DNA of 26,147 bases from Myxococcota bacterium. Its GTDB lineage: Bacteria > Myxococcota_A > Polyangia > Polyangiales > Sandaracinaceae. A program made the position numbers and the translations under genes. How positions within the stretch are numbered: position 1 is the stretch's first letter; every line of letters begins with the position of its first letter. This document shows positions 8,760-16,370 of this stretch, piece by piece. Location of the stretch: the NCBI GenBank assembly GCA_036149055.1, contig JAYZQJ010000163.1:1-26147 (forward strand), in the 5' to 3' direction. The notes below the pieces were generated by a model. It was not told where the DNA came from, ran no database searches, and saw nothing but the letters and a program-made list of their open reading frames with translations.

Positions 8760-9707
8760 TCAGTTCGGGGCCGCGGCCGCCTGGCGGCGCGGGAGGTAGG
8801 GCATCACGTCCTCCGAGGTCACGAAGGCGTCGAGCGCCTCCATCACCGCGGGGCTCGTGAGCAGGCGACAGAAGAGGGCCTTCTCCTCCGCGAGGCGCGC
8901 GGCGGGGAAGGGCTTGAGGAAGGGCTTGGCCGCGGCGACGGTGGCCGCGTCGAAGCGCTGGGTCTGGGCGGCGAGCTTGCGGGCCACGCCGAGCGCCTTG
9001 CCGTGGCCGACGAGCTGGGCGACGAGGCCGACCTCGTGGGCCCGGGCCGCGCCGAGGCTCCGTCCGCTGAGGAGCAGCTCGCGGACGAGCGCGTTTCCGA
9101 GGTCGCGCTCGAGGCGCGGCACCCCGCCGAAGCCGGGCACCAGGCCGAGCCGGAGCTCGGGGAAGGCGAAGCGCGCCGTCTTGTCGGCGACGATGACGTC
9201 GGCGGTGAGCGCCAGCTCGAAGCCGCCGCCGAAGCAGACGCCGTGCACCGCCGCGATGACCGGGACGGGCGCGGTGTCGAGGGTGTCGAAGACCGCGTGG
9301 ATGCGGTCGAGGAACGCGCGCACGCCCCAGACCTTGGCCGCCCGGAGCGGGTCGAGGCCGTAGTCGCCGCGGGTCAGGCCCCGCACGGTCGCGAGGCCGG
9401 CGCGCGCGGCTCGCCGCTTGCCGTCGAAGAGGCGCCGCGCGTGCTCGGGCAGGGCGCGCACGTCGCGGGCCGAGGCGAGCCCCTGGTGCAGCTCCCAGAG
9501 GTTGGCGCCGGCGCTGAAGCCCTTGGGGTTCTCGCTGTGGATCAGGACCGCGCGGTGGCCGCCCGCCCGGACGAGCGACGCCACCCGCTCGAGCTCGGTG
9601 AGCATGTCGAGCCCGATCTCGTTGAGCGGGTCGGCGTGCAGGGCCACCTCGAGCACCCCGTCGGTCACCTGCGTGCTCAGGCACGCGCCGGTCCAGGCGG
9701 CGGTCAC
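8760..9707 (-). CDS. Enoyl-CoA hydratase/isomerase (crotonase) family protein, 315 aa, with an internal insertion
   Basis: FSAGANL, PVIAAVHGVCFGGGFELAL and FAFPELRLGLVPGFGG (both catalytic Glu positions present); GTGA overlap at 9707-9704. Confidence 0.92.
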   Translation of the reverse strand: MTAAWTGACLSTQVTDGVLEVALHADPLNEIGLDMLTELERVASLVRAGGHRAVLIHSENPKGFSAGANLWELHQGLASARDVRALPEHARRLFDGKRRAARAGLATVRGLTRGDYGLDPLRAAKVWGVRAFLDRIHAVFDTLDTAPVPVIAAVHGVCFGGGFELALTADVIVADKTARFAFPELRLGLVPGFGGVPRLERDLGNALVRELLLSGRSLGAARAHEVGLVAQLVGHGKALGVARKLAAQTQRFDAATVAAAKPFLKPFPAARLAEEKALFCRLLTSPAVMEALDAFVTSEDVMPYLPRRQAAAAPN

Positions 9708-11329
9708 GCGTAGAGCCTCTCGATGGCGTCGGCGTAGTGCGCCTCGATCGCCTTGCGGCGGAGCTTCTGGTTGGCGGTCAGCAGCCCGTTCTCGACGCTG
9801 AACGGCTCGGGGCTGAGGTGGAACGAGCGGATGCGCCGGTAGTGCGGCAGCTCCTCGTTGATGCGATCGATCGCCTTGGCCGCCTCCTCGCGCGAGGCGT
9901 CGCCGGTGAGGATGGCGGTGAGGTAGGGGCGGCCGTGGCCGATGACGACCGCCTGGGTCACCCCGGTCACGCTCTCGAGGATGCGCTGCTCGATCGGCTC
10001 GGGCGCGACGTTGTGGCCGCTCTCCGGCACGAGGATGTTCTTCACCCGGCCGACGATCACCAGCCGGCCGTCGCGATCGATGCGGCCCTGGTCGCCGGTG
10101 CGGAACCAGCCGTCCTGGAACGCGTCCTCGGTGGCCTCGGGCTTGTTCCAGTAGCCGCTGAAGATGTTGGGCCCGCGGACCTGCAGCTCGCTGCCCTCGC
10201 CGAGGCGCATCTCGACGCCGTCGATGGCGTAGCCGACCTTGCCGGGCGCGGCGGCGCGCGGGCGGTCCATGGTCACGATCGCGGTGGTCTCGGTCAGCCC
10301 GTAGACCTGGTAGACCGGCAGGCCGAGCAGCTCGAACCACGCCTGGGTCTCCTCGGCCAGCGGCGCCGAGCCGCAGATCAGGCACTCGAGGCGCTCTCCG
10401 ATCTGCGCCTTGATCTTGGCGAAGACGGTGCGCCGCGCGGCGGCGAGCAGGAGCTTCTGCGGGAGCGTCGCGCGGCCGCGGCGGGCGTCGCGCCAGGCCT
10501 CGATGGACGCGTCGTAGAGCTTGCGGACCGGCAGCCCCTGGCTGGCGATCTTCTTCTCCACGCCGTCCTTCACGCGCTCGAGCAGGGCCGGCACGTTGAG
10601 GAACCACTCGGGCTGCGCGGTCTTCAGCTCCTCCGGGAGGTTGGTGAGGTCGGTCGAGACCATCACGCCGTTCTCCCGGTAGAGGTTGCTCCAGAGCACG
10701 AAGCGGCTGCCGGCGAAGCAGAAGGGCAGGTAGTGGAAGACGCGGTCGCGCCCGCCCGGCCGGCCCATGAGCTCGGTGAGCCGCCGGTCGATCGTGTCCA
10801 GCATGAACCGGACGTTGCCCGCGGTGGTCATCACGCCCTTGGGCTCGCCGCTGGTGCCCGACGTGTAGATGATCGTGACCGGGTCGTCGTCCGGCCGCGC
10901 CGCCGGCGGCTCGTGCACCGCCTCGCCCGCGAAGAGCGCCTCGAAGGTCATCACCGGCGCCTCGGCCCACGCCTTCGTCACGGCCTCGGCCAGCGCGTCG
11001 TCCGCGCAGACCACGAGGGTCGCGCCGGCGTCCTGCATCATCAGGACGAGCTCCTCCTCGGCCTGCCGCGCGTACATCGGCACGACGATCGCGCCCTCGG
11101 CGAGCATCGCGAGGTCGGCGGCGACCCACTTCGCCGAGTTGGGCGCGAGCAGCACCACCCGGTCGCCGGGGCTCACGCCGCGCTCGCGCAGCGCGCCGCG
11201 GGCCTGCGCGATCAGCTCGGCCAGCCGGCCGCCGTGGCTGCGCTCGAGCCGCTCGCCGTGCACCTCGGTGACGAAGGGGCGGCTCGGGTTCCGCTTCAGG
11301 TTCGCGAAGAACGTGTCGACGAAGCTCAT
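9704..11329 (-). CDS. AMP-dependent acyl-CoA/acyl-ACP synthetase, copy 2, 541 aa
   Basis: YTSGTSGEPKG, VYGLTE, WFRTGDQG, GRVKNILV, ENGLLTANQKLRR; ATG at 11329 with a GGGAGG Shine-Dalgarno upstream. Confidence 0.95.
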   Translation of the reverse strand: MSFVDTFFANLKRNPSRPFVTEVHGERLERSHGGRLAELIAQARGALRERGVSPGDRVVLLAPNSAKWVAADLAMLAEGAIVVPMYARQAEEELVLMMQDAGATLVVCADDALAEAVTKAWAEAPVMTFEALFAGEAVHEPPAARPDDDPVTIIYTSGTSGEPKGVMTTAGNVRFMLDTIDRRLTELMGRPGGRDRVFHYLPFCFAGSRFVLWSNLYRENGVMVSTDLTNLPEELKTAQPEWFLNVPALLERVKDGVEKKIASQGLPVRKLYDASIEAWRDARRGRATLPQKLLLAAARRTVFAKIKAQIGERLECLICGSAPLAEETQAWFELLGLPVYQVYGLTETTAIVTMDRPRAAAPGKVGYAIDGVEMRLGEGSELQVRGPNIFSGYWNKPEATEDAFQDGWFRTGDQGRIDRDGRLVIVGRVKNILVPESGHNVAPEPIEQRILESVTGVTQAVVIGHGRPYLTAILTGDASREEAAKAIDRINEELPHYRRIRSFHLSPEPFSVENGLLTANQKLRRKAIEAHYADAIERLYA

Positions 11330-11343
11330 CGTGGTCCTCCCGC

Positions 11344-12837
11344 TCAGGCGCGGTAGCGATCGACGACCGCGGACGCGGTGGGGCCCAGCGGGGGCAGGTG
11401 CGCCCAGGGGTCGCCGCCCTCGCCGAGGCCGTCGGCGAAGGGGAAGTCGGGGTGGAAGCCGCGGACGTGGTCGACGAGGATCGCGCCCATCCGGCCCATG
11501 CGCTCGAGGTTGGCGACGACGCAGCGGCCGATGCCGTCCTTCACCGCCTGGCGGTCCGCGTCGACCCGCTGCATCGCGGCGAGGAGCTTCCGGTCGAGCT
11601 CGGGATCGTCGACCTCGAGGGCGAGCTCCGGCTGGCCGCGGTCCGCCATCAGGTTCCGGATCCGCTCGTCCATCGTCACGCCCACGCTCGGCACGAGGCC
11701 GGGCATCGAGCAGACGAGCGCGTGGTAGCGCGACGACACCACCATCGCGCAGCGCCGCAGGATCGCGACCATCTCGTACATCTCGTGCTCGTCGCTCACG
11801 AAGAGCGGCAGCGGGGCGGGCAGCATCTCGTTCATGCGCTCCGCCGCCCGGCGGTCGAGCTGCTCCATGCCGACCAGGATCGGGAAGCAGTCGGTCTCCC
11901 GCCGGTAGTCCGAGAGCGCGCCGGCGAGGGCGCGGAGGTAGCCGTCGAACGCGCGGTCCACGTCCTGACCGTGCTTGTGGAAGTAGACGCTCTTGTAGTG
12001 CGCGTCGTCGTAGGCGCCGCTCAGCCCGTTCCAGGCCGCCTTGAGCGGCTCGGGCTTCACCGGCCACCAGAAGGGGTTGATCGGGCAGAGGGCCACCACC
12101 GGCTGCTCGCCGTCCCAACCGGCCCGCTTCAGGAGCCGCTCGGCGCGCTCGGCGGGGGCGGCCTCGAAGGTCCAGGCGGTGTCGGTGCCGAGCCGCGTGG
12201 GCACGCCGAGCCGGTCGAGCACGTCGGTCGACTCCTCGTTGCGCGTGATCACGAGCGCGTCCTGGCAGTGCTTCTCGACGAGGCGCTTCAGCGAGTCGTC
12301 CATCGCGCCCGCCTCGCCGCCGTAGCCGACCGCGACCTTCTCCTCCGCCGCCGCGAGCCCGATCGCGCCGACCATCATCGTCGAGAGCGCGTTCGCGAAC
12401 TTGCTCTTGAACATCGAGCCCTCGCACGCGATCACGCCGTGCTGCTCGCGGACCGTGTCGTAGAGGAACTTGTGGAAGATCTGGGGGATGTGGAGCTGGC
12501 GGACGGTGCGGAAGTAGCCCTTGGTCAGCGCCGGATCGATCGTGCAGATCGACAGCTCGAGGTGCTCGTCGCCGAAGAGGTGGCGGAACTGACGCACCAT
12601 CTCCTCGACCCGCACGTCGGCGCCCGTGTTGCGGGTGCCGACGTAGCCGGCGAGCAGCAGCTTGAGCGGCTCGCCCGGACGCCAGCGCGGCATCGGGTCG
12701 GCCTCGTGGCGGGTGCGGGCCGCCTCGATCAGCCCGCTCATGCCGAGCTGGACCATGCGGTCCGGGTCGAGGCTGTCCTTGGCGAGGTCGAGCGCGCCCT
12801 TGGCGGCGCGGCCGATCAGTCTCATCGCGAAGCTCAT
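11344..12837 (-). CDS. Polysaccharide pyruvyl transferase (CsaB/WcaK-like, GT-B fold) family protein, 497 aa
   Basis: LLLAGYVGTRNTGAD (cf. GYYGxxNxGD), ITRNEES (cf. vRDxxS), GTDTAW (cf. xDPA), VVSSRYHALV (cf. gMRLHa); ATGA overlap at 12837-12834. Confidence 0.75.
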   Translation of the reverse strand: MSFAMRLIGRAAKGALDLAKDSLDPDRMVQLGMSGLIEAARTRHEADPMPRWRPGEPLKLLLAGYVGTRNTGADVRVEEMVRQFRHLFGDEHLELSICTIDPALTKGYFRTVRQLHIPQIFHKFLYDTVREQHGVIACEGSMFKSKFANALSTMMVGAIGLAAAEEKVAVGYGGEAGAMDDSLKRLVEKHCQDALVITRNEESTDVLDRLGVPTRLGTDTAWTFEAAPAERAERLLKRAGWDGEQPVVALCPINPFWWPVKPEPLKAAWNGLSGAYDDAHYKSVYFHKHGQDVDRAFDGYLRALAGALSDYRRETDCFPILVGMEQLDRRAAERMNEMLPAPLPLFVSDEHEMYEMVAILRRCAMVVSSRYHALVCSMPGLVPSVGVTMDERIRNLMADRGQPELALEVDDPELDRKLLAAMQRVDADRQAVKDGIGRCVVANLERMGRMGAILVDHVRGFHPDFPFADGLGEGGDPWAHLPPLGPTASAVVDRYRA

Positions 12838-13982
12838 TCCGCGGCCTCCGGGAGCTTGGACGGCCGCGCGGGGAGCGGCGCGTAGGGGTACTCGAAGCCG
12901 ACCGACTTCGACCAGCGGTAGAGGTCGACGCCGTAGTCGGTGAAGCGCGCGGGCGCCTCGCCGAGCTCGGTGACCACCCGCGTGTTGTCGAAGACGACGT
13001 CGTTGGTGAAGTAGGGCAAGAAGACCTTGATCAGCGAGGCGTAGAGGCTCACCGGCCCGCGCGGACCGTTGGCGAGCCCGCCAGCGAGGGAGTCGAAGGC
13101 CCCGTAGAGCCTCGGCACGAGCTTGGGCGTGCGGATGCCGCCCTCGCGGAACGCCCGCTCGACCTCCCGCACCGTCGCCGCGCTCGTCCCCGCGCTGAGC
13201 TGGTAGCAGTCGTGGGCAACGTCGTCCTTGAGGTGCAGCTTCGCGATCGAGGGGCCGACGAAGCTGGCGGGCACGAAGTCGAGGCGCGTGTCGGGGTGGC
13301 AGGGCACCGCCGGCGCGTCGAGCATCCAGCAGAGGATGCGCACCATGTCGAACTGCGTCGTCTGCGGGAAGCGGTGATCGCCCATCACCGTCGGGGGCCG
13401 CAGGATGGTCTTCGGCACGTCGGGCAGCAGCTCGCGGAACATGTGCTCGGCGAACTTCTTGGTGCGGGCGTAGGGGTCGTAGTCGCTCAGCGACCAGTCG
13501 ATCGCCTCGTCCTCCTTCACCACCTGGTGCTCGCGCTTGCCGGCGACGGCGGTGGTGGAGACGAAGGAGAAGCGGCGCAGGCCGCCGCGCCGCTCGGCGA
13601 GCCAGCGGGTGAGCTGGGCGACGCTGAGCGAGCCGCGGAGGTTCGCGTTGAAGCAGGCCTTGGCGCTCTTGCGGTTCAGGCTGGCCGCGATGTGGAGCAC
13701 GCTGTCGCACTCCTCGGCCACCCGGGCGCGCGCGTCGTCCGACATGCCGAGCTGGGGCGACGAGAGATCGCCGGGCACGAAGACCACGCGGTCGAGGAAG
13801 GCGTAGAACTCCTCCGGCGCGAGGTGGAGCTGGAGCGCCTTCCAGAGCTTGGCCGTGCCCTCCTCGGCGTCCTTGGCGCGCGTCAGCAGGAAGAGGCGCC
13901 CCGCCTCGGGCCGCTGGCGCAGCTCGTCGAGCACGTAGGAGCCGAGGTAGCCGGTCCCGCCGGTGATGAAGATGCCGCTCAC
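12834..13982 (-). CDS. Extended SDR / NAD_binding_4 (thioester-reductase-like) oxidoreductase, 382 aa
   Basis: ITGGTGYLG, GDLSSPQLG, HIAASLN, FVSTTAV, catalytic YARTK, LRPPTVMG, DFVP; GTGA overlap at 13982-13979. Confidence 0.9.
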   Translation of the reverse strand: MSGIFITGGTGYLGSYVLDELRQRPEAGRLFLLTRAKDAEEGTAKLWKALQLHLAPEEFYAFLDRVVFVPGDLSSPQLGMSDDARARVAEECDSVLHIAASLNRKSAKACFNANLRGSLSVAQLTRWLAERRGGLRRFSFVSTTAVAGKREHQVVKEDEAIDWSLSDYDPYARTKKFAEHMFRELLPDVPKTILRPPTVMGDHRFPQTTQFDMVRILCWMLDAPAVPCHPDTRLDFVPASFVGPSIAKLHLKDDVAHDCYQLSAGTSAATVREVERAFREGGIRTPKLVPRLYGAFDSLAGGLANGPRGPVSLYASLIKVFLPYFTNDVVFDNTRVVTELGEAPARFTDYGVDLYRWSKSVGFEYPYAPLPARPSKLPEAAE

Positions 13983-15622
13983 TCCGCGCCTCCGAGCTCG
14001 GCCGAGGTGGTGGTGGGGGTCGGGGCCGGGAGCGCCGCCGCGACCGACGGCGGGTCGCCGCCGAGATCGAAGCCGACGTCGTCCGGCACCTCCTTGCCGC
14101 GGATGAGCGGCAACGACCAGGCGTCGAGCCCCGGGATCTCGACGTCCATCCAGTAGTGACGCCAGTCGAGCGTCTCGATGTCCCAGCCGAAGCGAGCGCG
14201 ATCCTCCTCGCTCAGCTCCGCGGTCCGGGCGCGCACGTGGTGCGTCTCGAACCGGTAGTCGAAGTCGTGGATGAAGGGCTGATAGACGTGCCACATCTGC
14301 TCGATGCTCTTGAGCAGCATCGAGGTCTTGTTGAGCTTGAGGCTCGCGTCGCGCGCCTTCTCCTGCCACTGCTCGCGGAGCCCCTCGTCGAGCGCCGCCG
14401 GCAGCTTCTTGGCGTCGACCTTGCGCAGCCGGTCGCGCAGCCAGCGGGTCGCCTTCTGCGCCGCCGGCACGAAGACGCTGCGGTCGGCGCCGTGCTCGAG
14501 CGTGGTCGAGTCCATGTGGGTCAGCAGCGCGCGCTCGAGCGGCGAGATCCCGCTCGGCACGTAGCCCTTGCGAACCTTCAGCGCCGTCAGATCGAGCGCG
14601 CGGTCGAAGGTGAAGCGGTTGGTGTCGCCGCTCGCGAGCTGCCAGACCTCCGGCGCCCGGCCCTCGAGCGCGTCGGCCAGCGCGAGCGTCATGCCGCGGG
14701 CCACCGTGTCCACCGGCACCACGTCGAAGCAGCTCTCGGCGCGCATCGGCACCTTCCAGGCGAAGCCGCTGCACATCCAGACGATGGGGCCGCTGGTGTT
14801 GATGCCCTCGTTCCACCCGGGGAAGGGGTAGCTCCGGGCGCACTCGACGATGCTCGGCCGGACGAGGGTCAGGTCGAGGTCGTCCCGCTGGGTGAGCGCG
14901 TGCTCGGCGAGGCCCTTCGAGTAGGTGTAGAGGTTGGGCCAGCCGAGGGACTTCGCGCGGCGGGTGCCGACCTCGATGCGGCCGCGCCGGGCGGCGGGGC
15001 GCTTGCGGCCGCCCTCGCGCTCGTCGATCGCGTCGCAGGCGCTGTCGATCGCGAGCAGCTCGGCGTCGACGTCGAAGCGGGTGCCGTTGGGCGAGACGCC
15101 GGGGGTGACCCGCTCGGGGATCGCGCCGTCGATCTCGCCGGCGACGAAGCAGGTGCTGACGTGCACCAGCCGCTTGCTGGGGATGCGCGCCGCGACGTCG
15201 GCCGCGTGCCGGGCGCCCCGCACGTTCACCTCTACCGCCATGCGCGGGTCGGGCGCGAAGTCGGTGAGGCCGGCGCAGTGGACCACCGCGTCGAGGCGCG
15301 GGGCGAGCTGGGCGAGCACGTGGGGCGGGATGCCCATCAGCGGCTCGGCGGCGTCGCCCTCGATGACCTCGATCTTGCTCTGCACGAGCTTCAGGAGCTC
15401 GTCGCCGTGCTTCTCGCGCAGGGGCCGCAGCGCGGGCGAGCTCTCGAAGATCCGCCGCACCCGGGCGGCCGCGCTCTCGGTCCGGCGCCCGCGCACCAGC
15501 AGGGTCAGCTTGCCGACCTCGGGCAGGTGGTCGAGCAGGAAGCCGACCCACACCTTGCCGAGGAAGCCGGTGAACCCGGTCACCAGCACGTGGCGACCCT
15601 TCAGCGTGTCGGAGATGGGCAA
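13979..15622 (-). CDS. Alcohol-forming fatty acyl-CoA/ACP reductase (FAR, male-sterility type), ~547 aa
   Basis: VTGFTGFLGKV, HCAGLTDF, HVSTCFVAG, GWPNLYTYSKGLAE, RPSIVE...PFPGWNEG, DVVPVDTV, C-terminal F.WDIETLDWRHY. Start taken as TTG at 15622 behind AAGGGAG, 2 nt after the HAD stop. Confidence 0.9.
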   Translation of the reverse strand: MPISDTLKGRHVLVTGFTGFLGKVWVGFLLDHLPEVGKLTLLVRGRRTESAAARVRRIFESSPALRPLREKHGDELLKLVQSKIEVIEGDAAEPLMGIPPHVLAQLAPRLDAVVHCAGLTDFAPDPRMAVEVNVRGARHAADVAARIPSKRLVHVSTCFVAGEIDGAIPERVTPGVSPNGTRFDVDAELLAIDSACDAIDEREGGRKRPAARRGRIEVGTRRAKSLGWPNLYTYSKGLAEHALTQRDDLDLTLVRPSIVECARSYPFPGWNEGINTSGPIVWMCSGFAWKVPMRAESCFDVVPVDTVARGMTLALADALEGRAPEVWQLASGDTNRFTFDRALDLTALKVRKGYVPSGISPLERALLTHMDSTTLEHGADRSVFVPAAQKATRWLRDRLRKVDAKKLPAALDEGLREQWQEKARDASLKLNKTSMLLKSIEQMWHVYQPFIHDFDYRFETHHVRARTAELSEEDRARFGWDIETLDWRHYWMDVEIPGLDAWSLPLIRGKEVPDDVGFDLGGDPPSVAAALPAPTPTTTSAELGGAE

Positions 15623-15624
15623 CT

Positions 15625-16305
15625 TCAGTGACTCCCTTCGACGACCGGCCAGTCCAGGTCGCGCGCCATGCGGCGCAGCTCTCGATCGGGGGTGACGGCG
15701 CAGGGCAGGGCGACGGCGCCGAGCAGCACCGAGTCCTCCTTGCCGCTGCCGTACGCGCAGGCGCCCCGCAGGTCGACGCCGAGCTCGGCGAGGCGGCCCA
15801 TCAGCGGGCGGCCGCCGAGGGCCGGGCCGAGGACCGGCGGGCGCAGCTCCCCGGTGGCCCGCGCGTGACCGTCGAGCTCCATCGCGTTGGCGATGACGTC
15901 GTCGAAGCCGAGGTGGGCGGCGATCGGCCTCGCGATCACGTCGAGGTTGTCGCTCAGCAGCACCAGGCGCTGGCCCTGATCGCGGCACCGCTCGACCAGC
16001 TCGACCCCGACCGGGTTCAGCGCCGGGCGGAGGTGCTCGTCGGCGTAGATCTCCCCGAGCACCACCAGGCGGTCCTCGGTCATGCCCTCGAGCATCGACC
16101 AGGCGAGCTTGGTCGCCCGACCCGGATCGCGGAGCGCCAGCGGGCCGGCGAGGGCCAGGCTGGAGAGCCCGAGCACGCGGGCGCGGACCCGGCGCGCGTT
16201 CATGGCCATCCAGGCGGCCGCGGTGAGGGTCGGCCTCGGGCTCAGCGGCCCCTCCAGCCGGAACAGCGCGGCTGGGCGCGCGCTTCTGGTGATCGCGTCG
16301 GTCAT
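15625..16305 (-). CDS. HAD-IB (SerB-like) superfamily protein with degenerate catalytic motifs, 226 aa
   Basis: Fold signatures LVLLSDNLDVIARPIAAHLGFDDVIAN, ATGEL, AYGSGKEDSVLLGAV and AVTPDRELRRMARDLDWPV; motif I reads FRLEGPL rather than FDxDGTL. Confidence 0.85.
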   Translation of the reverse strand: MTDAITRSARPAALFRLEGPLSPRPTLTAAAWMAMNARRVRARVLGLSSLALAGPLALRDPGRATKLAWSMLEGMTEDRLVVLGEIYADEHLRPALNPVGVELVERCRDQGQRLVLLSDNLDVIARPIAAHLGFDDVIANAMELDGHARATGELRPPVLGPALGGRPLMGRLAELGVDLRGACAYGSGKEDSVLLGAVALPCAVTPDRELRRMARDLDWPVVEGSH

Positions 16306-16340
16306 GCGTCCCCGTGCCCCCGCGGGCTCGAAAGACGGCC

Positions 16341-16369
16341 GGCATAGCAGAGGTAGACTGACGTGTCAG
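16341..16369 (-). promoter_or_regulatory. Putative sigma70-type promoter of the lipid operon
   Basis: Minus strand: CTGACA (16369-16364), 17-bp spacer ending in TGC, TATGCC (16346-16341); 35 nt upstream of the HAD ATG; A-tract upstream of the -35. Confidence 0.55.
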
Positions 16370-16370
16370 T
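16357..16370. promoter_or_regulatory. Palindromic operator ACTGAC-GT-GTCAGT, a candidate TetR site
   Basis: Perfect 6-bp inverted repeat with a 2-bp spacer, relatively AT-rich for this window, overlapping the predicted -35. Confidence 0.6.

Noticed and set aside
6778..11329. NRPS/PKS cluster or beta-oxidation operon
   Set aside because: No condensation, ketosynthase, thiolase or acyl-CoA dehydrogenase gene is present; ACP, FAR, kinase and acyltransferase point to lipid synthesis.
3178..15631. Long plus-strand ORFs opposite the operon (3178-5037, 6904-8799, 9737-11356, 11398-12885, 14156-15631 and others)
   Set aside because: Shadow frames of motif-bearing minus-strand genes.
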